Shown piece after piece: positions 33,501-53,414 of a stretch of 64,000 nucleotides of DNA; the first letter of the stretch is position 1, and each line of letters begins with the position of its first letter. The DNA lies in assembly GCF_009914755.1 (NCBI RefSeq), contig NC_060927.1. One strand, written 5' to 3'. The notes under the pieces are model-generated. The model was not told the DNA's origin and made no database searches. It saw only the letters and a list, made by a program, of their open reading frames with translations. Source of the DNA: the human T2T-CHM13v2.0 reference genome, Homo sapiens. The position numbers and the translations under genes were made by a program.

Positions 33501-34124
33501 ATATATGGAACATAGGAGAAACAACTGGAGATAAATGATTAACAAGAAGCAATAATCCAGCTGGCATAGGGTTGAGGCCAATTTTGCATTACAAAGCATG
33601 AATTCCAACGAGTAGAACAGAAGTAGTTTCTATGTAGTCATACAAAAATGAAACTGAACAGGACTAACTGTAGGCAAAATAATCAAATGGGCTATTTTTT
33701 CCTGACACATTGAGAGGATTATTAAGGTATGGTAACAACGATCAACTTGCTTAGTGTAAATCAATTTCAATCAACCCCTGTCCGTTAATACCTTGTGACT
33801 AAAGTATACAATGACATTTTTCACACCTCCAGAAAGAGTTTCATGCTGGAAGCAGTGGCTGACACCGGTAATCCCAGGACATTGGGAGACTGAGGTGGGC
33901 AGATTCCTTGGCACCAGGAGTTTGAGACCAGCCTGGGCAATATAGGGAGACCCCGTCTCTACAAAAAATTTTAAAATTAGCTGAGTGTGGTGACACATGT
34001 CTGTGGAACCAGCTACTTGAGAGGCTGAGGTGAAAGGATCTCATTTGAGCCCAGGACATGGAGGCTACAGTGAGCTGTGATCACATCACTGCATTCTAGC
34101 CTGGGCAACAGAGCAAGACCCTGA

Positions 34125-34243
34125 CAAAGCAAGCAAGCAAGAGAGTGAGAGAAAGAAAAAGAGAGAGAAGGAGAGAGAAAGAGAAAAAAGCAAGAATGAA
34201 TGAAAGAGAAAGAGAGAAGGAGAGAGAGAAAGAAAAGAATGAG
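34125..34243 (+). repeat. GA-rich polypurine tract derived from the tail of AluJ (33845-34125)
   Basis: direct reading. Confidence 0.85.
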
Positions 34244-36524
34244 AAATTGCAGAAACAATGCATCAAGTTATGAGACATTTCTAGGGGGTAAGAGTCTTCC
34301 CGTTGTCCCAGAGCTAATACCCAATTACCATGTTGCCACGAATACAAACCTACTTTTGCCATTTTGGAAAACGTATATATGAGGTGGTTTGTAGAATAAA
34401 TTCAAAGGAAATATCTGTGGTTTTAAGAAAATGTGATCTCTGCTTTCTTGGAAGAACTGAACCTACTACTGCTGACAAAAAGAGAACGTGCTCTAATATG
34501 GGGGATTTATAGTTTATCCTGGCAATAGTTCTGGGCCTTCCTTCTCCTCTAAGCCTAAAGACCCAGATAGAAAGGATCCAGAGCACCCAAACAATGGTAC
34601 TTCTGCTTACACCCACACACCACTCCTTTAGTTGAGACAATTCACAGCTTGTCAGCAGGTGCAATGAAAAAATGGACATGCTCTTGAAAAACCTTTCAGG
34701 GGACAATAACAGAAGCCATAAAGCATGCCACCTCATCTGTTTAGGAGATAGACCTAGAACCTCTAATTATCACTCCACGTCAGTATGACAAAAGATTCTT
34801 AAGGAAAACTTTTAATAACAAAGCTGTTTATAGACACAGAAGAAAATGAGAATAAGAGAAACTTGGACTGGCTACATAAGTTATATATTAATTATAGTAA
34901 TTTAAGTGAATTCCTTACCCCCCTAATTACCATGTAGTATGAAAATGATCATGTGTGCTATCAAATTTATCAGATCCCAGCTGTAAGTGGCACTGAAGGG
35001 TTCACATGTGCCAAGTCGTGCAGCATGAGCATTTGTACACTTTCATAACTCAGAGGGAAACCTAGGTGTTTTGAGAATGAAGATACGAGCTCCTAGTAAA
35101 TAGAAGGAAGAGTGACTGATGACGAGGGAGTGAAAGTTCAATGACCTGGAGAGAAATTCTTCTTTGGACACCTTTTAAATTTTGTATGGAATAGTGAAGG
35201 GGCAGGCCAAATGATCCATAAAAGTAGTTTCTCTGCAGTGAAGGAGTCAAGCTATTTTAAGATAATCAGTAGTGTATACCAGGCAAATCTTTGTGCCCAA
35301 AGTTGCACACAGTAACAGCTATGAGGCCAGAGGAAAACATCATGAAGGATTTGTGAAACTTAAAAAAAAAATTTTTTTTTTGTAGAGACAGAGTCTCACT
35401 ATGCTGCCCAGGCTGGTCCTGAACTCCTGAGCAAATGTGATCCTCCTGCCTTGGCCTCCTAAAGTGCTGCAATTACAGGTGTGAGCCACTGCACCCAGCC
35501 TCATGAAACTTTTAAAAGGTAATCTACCATTTTAGTTCTTCCTATGGCAATATACACTGAAGCATAGCACAGTGGTATCAAGAGGAGAAACTGGCCAGGT
35601 GAGGTGGCTCACACCTGTAATCCTGACACATTGAGAGGTCAAGGTGGGCAAATCTCTTGAGCCCAAGAGCTCCAGACCAGCCTGGGTAACATGGCAAAAC
35701 CCAGTCTCTACAAAAAAATTTAAAGAGGAGAAATAATAGGAAGAAAAAACCATGCTCTGTAAGAAAAGAATGTCCGAAAAAGCTTAGATAGAGATAAAAG
35801 AATCAATTCTGTTTGGCAGAACTACAAGAAACAGTTCAGGAAGGACAGGTAAGAAATAAGGGTTGAGAACTAAGTAGGGTCCTGATTATAGAAAAATCCT
35901 AAATTCTCTACTAAAGAGTTTGAAATTGCAGCCAGAGAGAGATAGGGAGGTTACTGAAGAAAGTAACATGTTCCTATTTGCATTTTTAAAGATTTCTGCA
36001 CATAATGTAGGATTCCATTTATATGAAGTTAAAAAAAAAAAAAAGGAGAAACTAATCTACGGTGTAATGAGACAGACTAGTGATTACTCTCCAGGGAAGG
36101 CAAAGTAACTGGAATAAGAGGAAGCTTCTGGAGGGGCTGGTAATGTTGTTTATTGAAACGGATGCTTGTGACATAGGTGGGCCCAGTTTGTCAAAAATTC
36201 ACAAAGGTGTAGGCTTCAGTATGTCCATTTATTTGAATGTGAGTTATACTTAAGAACAAGTTAAAAAGCAAGAAGATTACATTGGCTGCGGGTTAGAGAA
36301 TGGGACTGAGGAGACAGGCAAAAGATTAAGGGATGCTGACCTGAGTGAGCAGTTGAACATTAGCAGGTGATCTAAAGCACCATGAAGAATTTCCTGGCTG
36401 AATAGCTATGGAAAATGATGGAACCAGGAGTCAAAAATGAGCCGAGGTTGCAGGTTTGAAGACTGAGGAAGGGCACAAAGGAGAAAGCCCTCTCCACCTC
36501 TAGCTCCTCATTTATAATGCGAGA

Positions 36525-36809
36525 GGCCGGGCATGGTGTCTCATGCCTGTAATATCAGCACTTTGGGAGGCTGAGGCAGGTGAATCACCTGAGGTCAGGA
36601 GTTCAAGACCAGCCTGATCAATATGGCAAAACCCTGTCTCTACTAAAAATACAAAAGTTAGCCGGGTATAGTGATGGACGCCTCTAATCCCAGCTACTTG
36701 GGAGGCTGAGACAGGAGAATCGCTGGAACCCAGGAGGCGGAGGTTGCAGTGAGCCAAGATCACACCACTGCACTACAGCCTGGGGGACAGAGTGATACTG
36801 TCTCAAAAA

Positions 36810-36902
<93 letters not shown>
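36525..36902 (+). mobile_element. AluS with compound (A)n(TA)n(CA)n tail
   Basis: TSD-like aatg(c/t)gaga on both flanks. Confidence 0.9.
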
Positions 36903-36903
<1 letters not shown>

Positions 36904-37159
36904 AAATGTGAGAGACTATGACCACGATAATCCTTCAGATCTCTAAAACACCTAATGACAGTATTACAGTAAGAACTTGAGCAGCTCAGAGACAAAGAGA
37001 TGCACAAACACTCCAGGGTAGCAGAAGACAGACTAAAAAAGATGTTTGCAATGAAAGAGCAAAACCGGACAAATGGTGAAAAAGAGTCAAGTTATATTAG
37101 CCGTCACTTAAGCAAGCATGTACCTCAAAACTTCCCAGAGGGGGATGTAGGGGAGATAG

Positions 37160-37228
37160 AATAACTAAAATTAGCTAAAGAATCAGACAGGAGATATCTT
37201 TCTGATTCTTTAGCTAATTTTAGTTATT
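37160..37228. repeat. perfect inverted repeat, 28-bp arms, 13-nt spacer
   Basis: aataactaaaattagctaaagaatcaga (37160-37187) / tctgattctttagctaattttagttatt (37201-37228). Confidence 0.97.
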
Positions 37229-38266
37229 AGGAAGTATTACCTAGTTTTAGTTATTAGGAAAAGGGCAGGTAGTATAAATTTGTAGGATTTCGAGTTAGTA
37301 TAATAACAATGATCAGCCGGAGTAACTCTCTGGGTTGACTGAGCATTTGCTGCGGCCTGTAAACACCTCCCTAACCTCCATTGTCTCTATCTATGTCAGA
37401 TGGGTGGGCATTCAAAACAGTAATCTTGTAGTTTGAATTGGTTCATCATATCAGATTAAACACTTAGAGAAGTAGTTCACAGTAGCTGAATGATCTGGGG
37501 AATTAAAGATCATGAAAAAGCATCTTTATTAAAAGATCAAAAACAGTTCAAAATAAAATGATTAGCAATGTTCTAGTAATCACTGTTTCTTGAAATGTGG
37601 TATCCTATAATGGAAGGAAACTACTTCTGAAGTAGAATGAAGAACAGGGGAAAAGATTTTTAAAAACTTACATATTCATGTTTAGAATTACTTAAAATGC
37701 TAAATTAACACAGAGAGGAAAGTAACATTCTCATGTCTTCTTAAATATGCTCTGCAGCTAATACTATAAATAGAAAAAACCACCCCCAGAAAAGCTGGCA
37801 AATTCAAGAAGAAAAAGAGCTATTTTAGGGTCTCTCTCTCCTTTCAGTCTGTAAGATCAGGGTGAAGTATTTAGGCAAGGAAACAGGTTTTTGTCTTAAA
37901 AATCATAAATATTTCAATCTGGTAGAAATTATTGGAACAATAGTCCAAGATAAGTTCTGCAGGCAAATTAAAAACAAAATGATAATCAGTTCCTTAAAGA
38001 GACTTTAAAATTTGCCTTCAATCTCTGCAGTCTTTACAAGGCTAAATGGTATAATGAATGGAATGAAAAAAGTCACCCTTTAGACTGGATCTACTATTTC
38101 TATAACCCTCCTCCTGCCTGTGGATTTCTTAACCTAGAAATGCCATTCAAGCAGTCATCTCCTATTGGGAGCAAAGCTCTTTATACTAAATGTTCCCAAT
38201 TAACTAAAAACAATACGACCATTCATGCCTTAAGAGAGCACTGGAAAAGGGCTGTCAGGGGCAAAC

Positions 38267-38421
38267 CTTGGCTTTGGTAGCCGCTGAGGCAAGAGCAGCT
38301 GCTGCGGCTGTGGCAACATTTCCTTCGGAAATTTCATGTTCTACTTTCTTCTTCCCAGTATCACTTTCTCTTTCTTTACATGTATCAGTGAGTTCTTTGT
38401 TCTCTTCAGTCTCCTTTTCTT
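38267..38421 (-). CDS. SMARCC1: SMARCC1 coding exon (~exon 24), 155 nt, (E)EKETEENKELTDTCKERESDTGKKKVEHEISEGNVATAAAAALASAATKAK
   Basis: acceptor tattttcag|AAGAA, donor AAG|gtttgc; phase 1->0; not in the ORF track, translated by hand. Confidence 0.97.
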
Positions 38422-39098
38422 CTGAAAATATCAGAAAGCTTTGTTACTAGCGTGCCCACTCTCGAAAACCCATCTTTCTCCTTACCTCCACCACTATAAC
38501 AAACTAGGACTGATATGACAAAGAGATGTCAATGCCTTTTTCTTCTTTTTAAGAGTTCTGTTGAGCCATTCCATGCATTTAGGTTTGCCTCTATTGGGGA
38601 CATATTTTCTAAACAGCACACTTGTTTTCCTATCATTTTGCTAAGTTCTATGTGGAGGTCCCTTGGATATATATATTTAAAGGAACATACAGGGGAACTA
38701 AGTCTAAGGCCAACGTACTTGCTCATCAATCAATGAAATGCTCTAGGAACTCTAGTGTCTGTAGGAAATCAGAAGCTGAGAACAGACTACTTCTCTAAGC
38801 CTGACAGGCATGATGGGGTGTATCAGCAACTGACACAGAAAATGAAATGGGAAGTCTGTGAGGTGACTTCAATACTGTTGAATAACTTTTTCTTCTACAT
38901 ATTAAAAGCACAGAAAAAAGTGTAGCCACCAGCATTAGTATTAGCACCTATCTGAATGAAACTCAATTACATACTTATTGTTACATTAAGAAACAAACCC
39001 AAAATAAATGAGGAAATATTTCTATATAAACCACCTTCATTTCTCCAGTGCCTTTTACAGTTTTACATAATAATATCTAAGGAGTTTCCTCAAATTAC

Positions 39099-39213
39099 CT
39101 GATTTGGTATCCTCACTCACTTCACTATCCTGTTCCTTTTCACTATTTTTTTCATTTTCTCCATCTTGTGCTTTATCACCTTCATCCGTTTCATTTTCCA
39201 CTTTATTTTCTGC
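39099..39213 (-). CDS. SMARCC1: SMARCC1 coding exon (~exon 23), 115 nt, AENKVENETDEGDKAQDGENEKNSEKEQDSEVSEDTKS
   Basis: acceptor ccctttcag|GCA, donor TCAG|gtaatt; phase 0->1. Confidence 0.97.
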
Positions 39214-39543
39214 CTGAAAGGGATATAAAACAAGAGGACAGGCAGTGAACAAAAAAACCCCAGACCTTTTTATGAGTAATTATCTTAGACTAGCAAAAGG
39301 TTCCAATATTTTTGGCAAGAAATAGACTAGATTCAAAAGTGACTTGTAGAGAACAGCTCGAAAAGAACTAATACATTCCAAGCAATACTTTCTACCACTT
39401 CAACACTTGAGTGCTCACAAGATGTTCCTCCAAAGCACAGAGTCGCTGCCCTCTCTGCATACTCTGCTATAAAGCAAGGGTTACCATGCCCAGAGGAATG
39501 TGAAGGGAATTAACTGATATTTTTGTTGATTAAAAACAGGCCG

Positions 39544-39912
<369 letters not shown>

Positions 39913-40442
39913 AATAATTACTGATTGATTTAAAGAATTAAGAGCATTTAAATGTCACACCATCAACAAAGAAGCAAGTTGAAATGCTGCTGGAAAAGTT
40001 GACAAAGTCTTTTAATACAGCCATCTGCTAATAATTTCAGGAAGAACCATGAGAGAACATCAGTGATCATGCTTTAGAAACTGAAAAAACCGCAACTGAC
40101 TATCACTGACTTCATGAGGCTATATTGTTTGCTTAGAGGCAGGGTCCCCCTATGTTGCCTAGGGTGGTTTCAAAGTCCTAGTATCAAGTGATCCTCCAGC
40201 CTCCCAAGTGATCCTACAACCTTCCAAGTAGCTGGGACTACAAGTATGACACACCACACCCAGCTGAGACTCTTTTAGGAATTAAATGAAATTAAAAATG
40301 TGAAGTACAAATATCGTCTTTAGAATAATGCAGGAACTATAATCAATTTCATTATTACCCTCACCCTCCCCTTAACTATATACAATTTTAGAATACCACA
40401 TATAATCAAGACCTTCAATCTTGGCTTATATATATTCACTCA

Positions 40443-40841
<399 letters not shown>

Positions 40842-41165
40842 TCACCCATCATGCATTTACAGTCTCCTACAGAAGAGAGATTGAGCCACTAACACACTGG
40901 CTACTTTGAAGCTCTTCACACACTGGCTTTAGTGTCTCTCCTCTCCAACTAGTGGGAATCTTTGATTTTCTAACCTCTATTTCAATCTTTATAGTTCTAC
41001 CTACTCTTTAAAACCTACCTCATATGTCATCTTCTCATTCTTTTCTTAAGATTCTTCTGCAGGCAGTTAGCCCTCATAGGAAATCACTTACTATTCTGTC
41101 ATTCTCTCCTGGCACAAGAATAGGACTCAAACCTTAAAATTCGATATTCACAAGAACCACAACTT

Positions 41166-41462
41166 TTGTTGTTGTTGTTGAGACAGAGTCTCGCTCTGTC
41201 GCCCAGGATGGAGTGCAGTGGCGCGATCTCGGCTCACTGCAAGCTCTGTCTCTCCCGGGTTCACGCCATTCTCCTGCCTCAGCCTCCTGAGTAGCTGGGA
41301 CTACAGGCACCCACCACCACGCCTGGCTAATTTTTTTGTATTTTTAGTAGAGATGGGGTTTCACCATGTTAGCCAGGACGGTCTCGATCTCTTGGCCTTG
41401 TAATCCGCCCACCACAGCCTCCCAAAGTGCTGGAATTACGGCGTGAGCCACCGCGCCCAGCC
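41166..41462 (-). mobile_element. AluY-like
   Basis: TSD aagaacca(c/t)aacttttgt. Confidence 0.9.
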
Positions 41463-41795
41463 AAGAACCATAACTTTTGTATTCATAGTCCCAACTTGTG
41501 TATTCATATTCCCTCTTCTTTTGTGGGAAATTCATATTCCTTCTTCTTCTAATGCAATGAAATTAGATGTTTAAAATATAAAAGAAGAGGATAGGGAGTG
41601 AATACACCTCCCCAGTGAACAAATGAAAAATGTCCTATATTATATCTTGTGAGAACTATACCTTAAACCAGCAAAGTCCAAGTAGCTGATAGAATTATTT
41701 AGAGTCCCCTAAGAGGGACTCAAAAACACCCAAAAAACAAACCATTATGGTCTGAAAGGCATGCTATCTGTGGTTTTACTGCTGTGAGACTTTAC

Positions 41796-41851
41796 CTTTT
41801 CAGGCTGCTGACCATCAGGGTCGGCTTCCATTTTTTCCTCTTCAGCTCCTT
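41796..41851 (-). CDS. SMARCC1: SMARCC1 coding exon (~exon 22), 56 nt, (E)GAEEEKMEADPDGQQPEK
   Basis: acceptor tacttgtag|AAGGAG, donor AAG|gtaaag; phase 1->0. Confidence 0.96.
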
Positions 41852-42502
41852 CTACAAGTAAAAGAATAAGAACAAGTACTCCAATGTGGAAAAAGGTAAA
41901 AGCTATTATTATACAGCTGTGAGAGTGTCTGAAATACAAATATATACAGTAATACATAACGAATATCATAGCCATACAGTTGAAAAAAGAAGTCAGGCAC
42001 AAAACAACACACACTGTATGATAAAGTTCAAAAACAGGTGAAAAGTAATCTATGGTGTCAGCACTCAGAACAGTGGTTAACAGGGGGAAGGGGTGAATTA
42101 TACAGAAAGCAGATTCAATTGGGAAAGGGGAGGTCCTAGGGTGCTGGTAACGCTCTGTTTCTAGGTCTGGAATTTGTAGAAATGAACTAGGCTGTCTGCT
42201 TAGGATTTTCGATTTTCTGTATGTATTAAAATATAAAGGCAAAATAAAAATAATTCATTATTATTTAACAGATGCCTGACAAGTATGTATTTTGACTCAG
42301 GTACTGGGGAAACACTATGACCCAGATATTCACTGAAATCTCAAGAGGATATCATTTTGGCTAGACAGGACACAAACCAGCACAGTATAACAGAAGCACA
42401 TATCAATAAATTACATGAGAAAATTATTATTTCAAATATGAGAAAATTATTAATTTTCTACACTTTTAGGAACCTAATAAACTAATGTCAAACTGTGTAA
42501 GC

Positions 42503-42830
42503 AGCCAGGCATGGCCGCTCATGCCTGTAATCCCAGCACTTTGGGAGGCCGAGGCGGCTGCATCACAAGGTCAGGAGTTCGAGACCAGCCTGGCCAACTT
42601 GGTGAAACCCTGTTTCTACTAAAAATACAAAAAAATTAGCCAGGTGCGGTGGTGTGCACCTATAGCCCTAGTTACTCAGGAGTCTGAGGCAGGAGAATCA
42701 CTTGAACCAAGGAGGCGGAGGTTGCAGTGAGCCGAGATTGCACCACTGCACTCCGGCCTGGGAGACAGAGTGAGACTACATCTCAAAACCAACCAACCAA
42801 CCAACCAACCAACCAACCAACCAACCAACC
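42503..42830 (+). mobile_element. AluS with (CCAA)n tail
   Basis: direct reading. Confidence 0.9.
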
Positions 42831-42834
42831 GTAT

Positions 42835-46900
<4,066 letters not shown>

Positions 46901-46979
46901 CACACTATAATACAATAATGAAGAGAGCGGAACAAAAAACTAAATTAAATGCAGATGGGATTATAAAAAACCCCAAAAT

Positions 46980-47930
<951 letters not shown>

Positions 47931-50257
47931 TAGGAAATGAGGATGAAAGATTAATTTCTGTATTTCTCAGTATCTTTATTAACTGTATCATCCTCTTGGT
48001 ATTCCATGAAACGGCAAGGTGGGGGGAGTCAACCCAATCTTGACTTTCTTCACTCTCTCACCTTCCAATAGCAATTAGTCAATAATTTCTATCAACTCCA
48101 TCAATGAAAATATCTCAGGCTGGGTGTGGTGGTTCACTAGAGACTAGGAGTTTGAGAACAGCCTGCATAACAAAGTGAGACACTGTCTCTACAAAAAATT
48201 AGCTGGACGTGGTGGCGCATGCTTATGGTCCCAGCTACAAAGGAGGCTGTGAAAGAAGACTGCTTGATCCCAGAAGGTCTCTTGATCCTAGGTCAAGCCT
48301 GCACTGAGCTGTGTTCATGCCACTGCACTTTAGCCTGGGTGACAGAGCGAGACCCTGTCCCCCCCACCAAAAAAAAAAAAAAACCAACCCTCAAATATGC
48401 AACCCCACAGTGAGTATGAGCAGACATTAGATGAAGATAAAGGTTCAATCTTCTTAAAATGAGTAAAATTGAAGTTAAATAAAACTGAAATAAAAATTAC
48501 AGGCTACCTGGCTGAGAAGGCAGGAGGATGGCTTGGGCCTAAGAGTTTGAGGGTACAGCAGGGTATCATTGTGCCACTGCCGTCCACACTGGGTGACAGA
48601 GTAAGACCTTGTTTATTAAAAACAAACAAAACCCCCAAACTTCAGGTTACTTTTAAAATTTCTTTCTAATCCCATGACAGATTAAGCACAAATTACTTGT
48701 AAATAAATATGAATTAGGTCACCTTGACTGAGTTGGCTCAGAGACTGAATAAGTATAATGTGGGAGAAACGCAATATGATTTTTTGTCTCGCAAAGATAT
48801 CTGCTTTTGAAATGACTACACACCATCTGTAGGTCCACATTCCAAAAGGATGACACACCCACTTTCTGTATTGGTAAGGCAAGCCAAATTTGAAATCAAT
48901 TCTTTAATTAGCTATGGTTCCAAGATGAAGTTACATAATATTAATATCTATATGATAATAGTACAGATAGAGACAGACTCTCTATAAGTGGAAAAATCCA
49001 GAGACAATGCTCAGGCATTTGTTTTTGTTTTTTAAGATGGGGTCCCGCTATGTTGCTCAGACCTGGCTCGGACTTTTAAGGTGATGTCTGTTAAGGATTT
49101 AATGATAGGGCCAGGTGTGGTGGCTCACACCTGTAACCCCAGCACTTTGGGAGGCCGAGGCGTGAGGATCACTTGAGCCCAGGAGTTCAAGAATAGCCTG
49201 GGCAACAGAGCAAGACCCTGTCTCTAAAAAAAATAAATAATTTAATAGTTTGTTGTGCATTTCTCAAGATGCTATGTGGAACAGTATGTAAAACAATTTC
49301 TATTCCACAAAATATTTGTTTAAATCTCTTATATCTCTTGAAAAAAGAAAAAGTCTCTCTTTGGTCTAAATTCTGGTCTGAATCATAAACCCTTAGGAGG
49401 CTGCAGCCTCTCCATGTATCTCATGTCATTTTGTTATTGTTGATAAACCAACAGGTTAAAAATCCTTCCCCAAAAATGTGTAATCTGACCCATGTCTGCA
49501 GCGTTAAAAGAGGATTAAACGACTTAAACAAGAAGGCATATAACTTAAACTAGTGGGTCCCGTGCCAAAGACATTCTAGTAATAACATGGTTAGCAAAAA
49601 CAGTATGAAGAAAGGTCTAGTAATTATTTCCTAACAGGCTGAAATAACTGGGAGAGGCATATTGGAGAAGAGATTTAAATGTTTGCCACATAGCTGCCTT
49701 TAATATAAGTGTGTAATAATCATGAATTACGACTATTTGGCAGGAACCACCCTCCATTTTCTGCACTTCATTTGTAAACTGCCAGCAGTTATTTTCAAAA
49801 ACAGACTGAATCATGCTACTTCTATTTTCTGATGACTTCCCAATGTCTGCAAGGTAACAACCCTTCAAAATCAGTCCCCCAGCCATCTCCAGAGTTGCAT
49901 GCACTTGACCAGAGTACCTGCTCCCCACAGACCTCTTGGCATTCATTCCAGAATATGCCACCTACCTTCATTTTTTCCTTATTTGTTCCTGTATAAAATG
50001 TCACATTCTTTGTGAAGACTTCCCTAATGGACCCAAGCAAAACTAACTGTGTTTCTTCTGCATGAGCCTCTACTTAAGGTCAAAACTATTTTCATAATAA
50101 CACTAAGATGTTATTTGCCTTTTCATTCTCATTCTCACATAGATTTAGAGTCTGACACTTTAGAGGCTGCATGATGCACAATGAAATGATCGGTCAGACA
50201 GCGAAAAGAATGCACTCGTGAATTCTTTCAAAAGTTCCTCAGTCTTGATTTATATTA

Positions 50258-50606
50258 CAGATGGTACCTGACTTACAGTGATTTGACTCATGGTGTTTCA
50301 GCTTTACAATGGTGCAAAAGCGATGCATTCTGTTGAAACCATAATCTGAATATCCACATGATCATTCTGCTTTTCATTTTTGATGTAATATTCCATAAAT
50401 TATATGAGATATTCAATACGTTAGCAAGCTTTGTGTTACATGATTTTGACCAACTGTAGGCTAACGTAGATGTTCTGAGCATGTTGAAGGTAGACTAGGC
50501 TAAGTTACGTTTGGTAGGTTAGGTGTATTAAATGCATTTTTGACATATTTTCAACTTATAATGAGTTTATCAGAATGTAATCCCATTGAAAGCCAAGAAC
50601 CATCTG
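50258..50606. mobile_element. MER47-like TcMar-Tigger MITE nested in a Charlie1-like hAT relic (~50075-50717)
   Basis: termini cagatggt / accatctg with TA TSD; host ends gagtcctgaggccaaaaacttg. Confidence 0.8.
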
Positions 50607-51475
50607 TATAGCAAACATCAACAGACATAATCCACATAAACTAAAGCATTTCGGGTTCTCCTGGATATCTTTTAAGAGTATAAAGGAGTCCTGAGGCCAA
50701 AAACTTGGGAGAACTTAGTCTCAGAGATTTCTGTCTTGTCAAGAACAGAATGAAGCACATGGCAGGAACCCAGTCAATACTTATGTGAGACTAATCACGT
50801 CATTCCCTATATTTAACTGCAAGGTTCCATAAAGCCAGCAATACACAGTCCAAGCTCACAACCTTTGGCATCACAATCTCTATAATCTAGCTACAACCTA
50901 CCTTTGTAGGCTATTCTTTCCATGTCCTTATTTGAACTTTGTATTGTGGCCAATCTAGTTTATTTCCCATTCTCTGAATAACTTTCCACTTCTGTTTCTG
51001 TGACTTCAATCACACTGTTTTACATAATCAAATACTTTCTTGAATCTGCTCACTGACATTCTAAACCTCTTTTACTTTTTTTTGAGACAGAGTCTCACTC
51101 TGTTGCCCAGGCTGGAATGCAGTGGCATGACCTCGGCTCAATGCAGTCTTTGCCTCCTGGGTTCAAGTGATTCTTATGCCTCAGCCTCCCAAACAGCTGA
51201 GATTACAGGGATGCGCCACCACACCCAGCTAATTTTTGTATTTTTAGTAGAGACAGGGTTTCACCATGTTGTGCAGGCTGGTCTCGAACCCCTGACTTGA
51301 GGTGATCTGTATGCCTCAGCCTCCCAAAGTGCTGGAATTACAGGCATGAGCCACCGCACCCGGCCTTATAAACCTCTTTTTCTATGTTCAGCTCAAATAC
51401 TACTTTTTTTTGTGAAGCATTCCTCCATCAAAAATTACATGTCCCCTTGTAAGAATTCATTTTTTTATTTTTTAA

Positions 51476-51745
<270 letters not shown>

Positions 51746-53065
51746 TGAGCGACCACACCTGGCTCCTGTGTAATAATTCTTATAGCCCTTCCTGTGTAGA
51801 GTCTTCCATGGACAAATAATACTATGCTTCACTCTATTGCCAACCCACCAAATGCTAAAATTATTTTTTTCATGTATGTGTAGCACAAAAAATAGCTTCA
51901 ATTAGTAGAGTATTAACTGTATGTCGCATGACATGACTTGCCCACAGCAAGGGGAATATCTCAAATATCCAAAATGCCTGATTTGATTAAACAATCCCCC
52001 AAAGGCAGACAGTTATATTTTGTAACAAAAGCCAATTTCTTCCTGAAAATATACATCCTACTACCTAATAAATATGAGACATCAGGAAAGTCACGTAAAC
52101 CCTAGTCAGTCCTTAGAAATTAAATGTCCAATTATGAGCTATTCAGAAGTTTGAGTCTATATTTCAATATGTTTTTACTATACTTGAAAGAGCCCTTTAA
52201 ATATAACAAAGAGAAAGAGAGAAGCCCACTCCACGTGATGTAAGTCTGATGATCAAATATGGTTCCACATTTTTCTTACATGCATTGGCCTAGGGTGTTT
52301 TCACACATGGTGTTTTAGAAGTGCCTGACTTTAAAAATAATGTTATGGAAATCCTCATGGTGAGAAGAGCAAGGCTACTTATAAGCTATGAATAGCATCT
52401 GAGGCGAGAATTCTAACAGTCATTTCTGGGCTGTATGTTCTTAGAAAGTTACTTCTTCGGTATTATTTATTTCAGGATTATCTTAATCTCATAATGGTCT
52501 AGAGACTAGTTAGTCCTTAACCTTCTTAAAAACTAGGAACCATTAGTTGGGTTCTTTAACACAGAGCTGTGACAACTGGCTCAAGATGTACTCATGGGAA
52601 ACCTGTATTCCACAGGCTGTTAAGGAGCTCGGTAGACAATCTACTCATTGATATATTTTTAAAAACTCTTGATTATTTTATTTGTGATTAAATTTTACCA
52701 AAAGTCATCAACTTGTAAGGAAAACACTTCAATTAACTCAATCCCTCAAAACCTGTCCAAACCAGAATTGAGATGCAGACAGTAAATCCACTCAGTAGCA
52801 AAAGAAATGAAACTAATACTTGAGATCAGGAAATATAAATGAGGGTAACAATAAAAGATTTTTGAGAAACCCTTGACTAGCCCTTGAATGTACAAGTACA
52901 TTCCAACTCTCTTGAGGGAAAGGGCTGGTGTCCCAAAAAGGGACTAAAATTCATTGTATTAAATAACTGATGTAGGAAAATGTCCTTATCCTTAGGAAAT
53001 ACATGGTGGACTATTTAGGCTACAAAGAATCATCGAATGTCTTCAACCTACTTTGAAATAATTCA

Positions 53066-53414
<349 letters not shown>

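Noticed and set aside
37396-37449. Minus-strand ATGATGA...CTGA pair
   Set aside because: Only ~54 nt and lacks a convincing terminal stem for a snoRNA
38480-38490. Strong donor GAG|gtaagg just upstream of the 155-nt exon acceptor
   Set aside because: Would define a 64-nt intron, at or below the practical minimum, with no evident upstream exon
41745-42242. 165-aa ORF overlapping the 56-nt exon
   Set aside because: Intronic read-through of an old L1 fragment into the true exon; only 41796-41851 has splice sites and BAF155 identity
52246-52330. C/D-box-like arrangement (cTGATGA ... CTGA, ~80 nt apart)
   Set aside because: Antisense to the host gene, non-canonical C box and terminal stem, no recognisable guide
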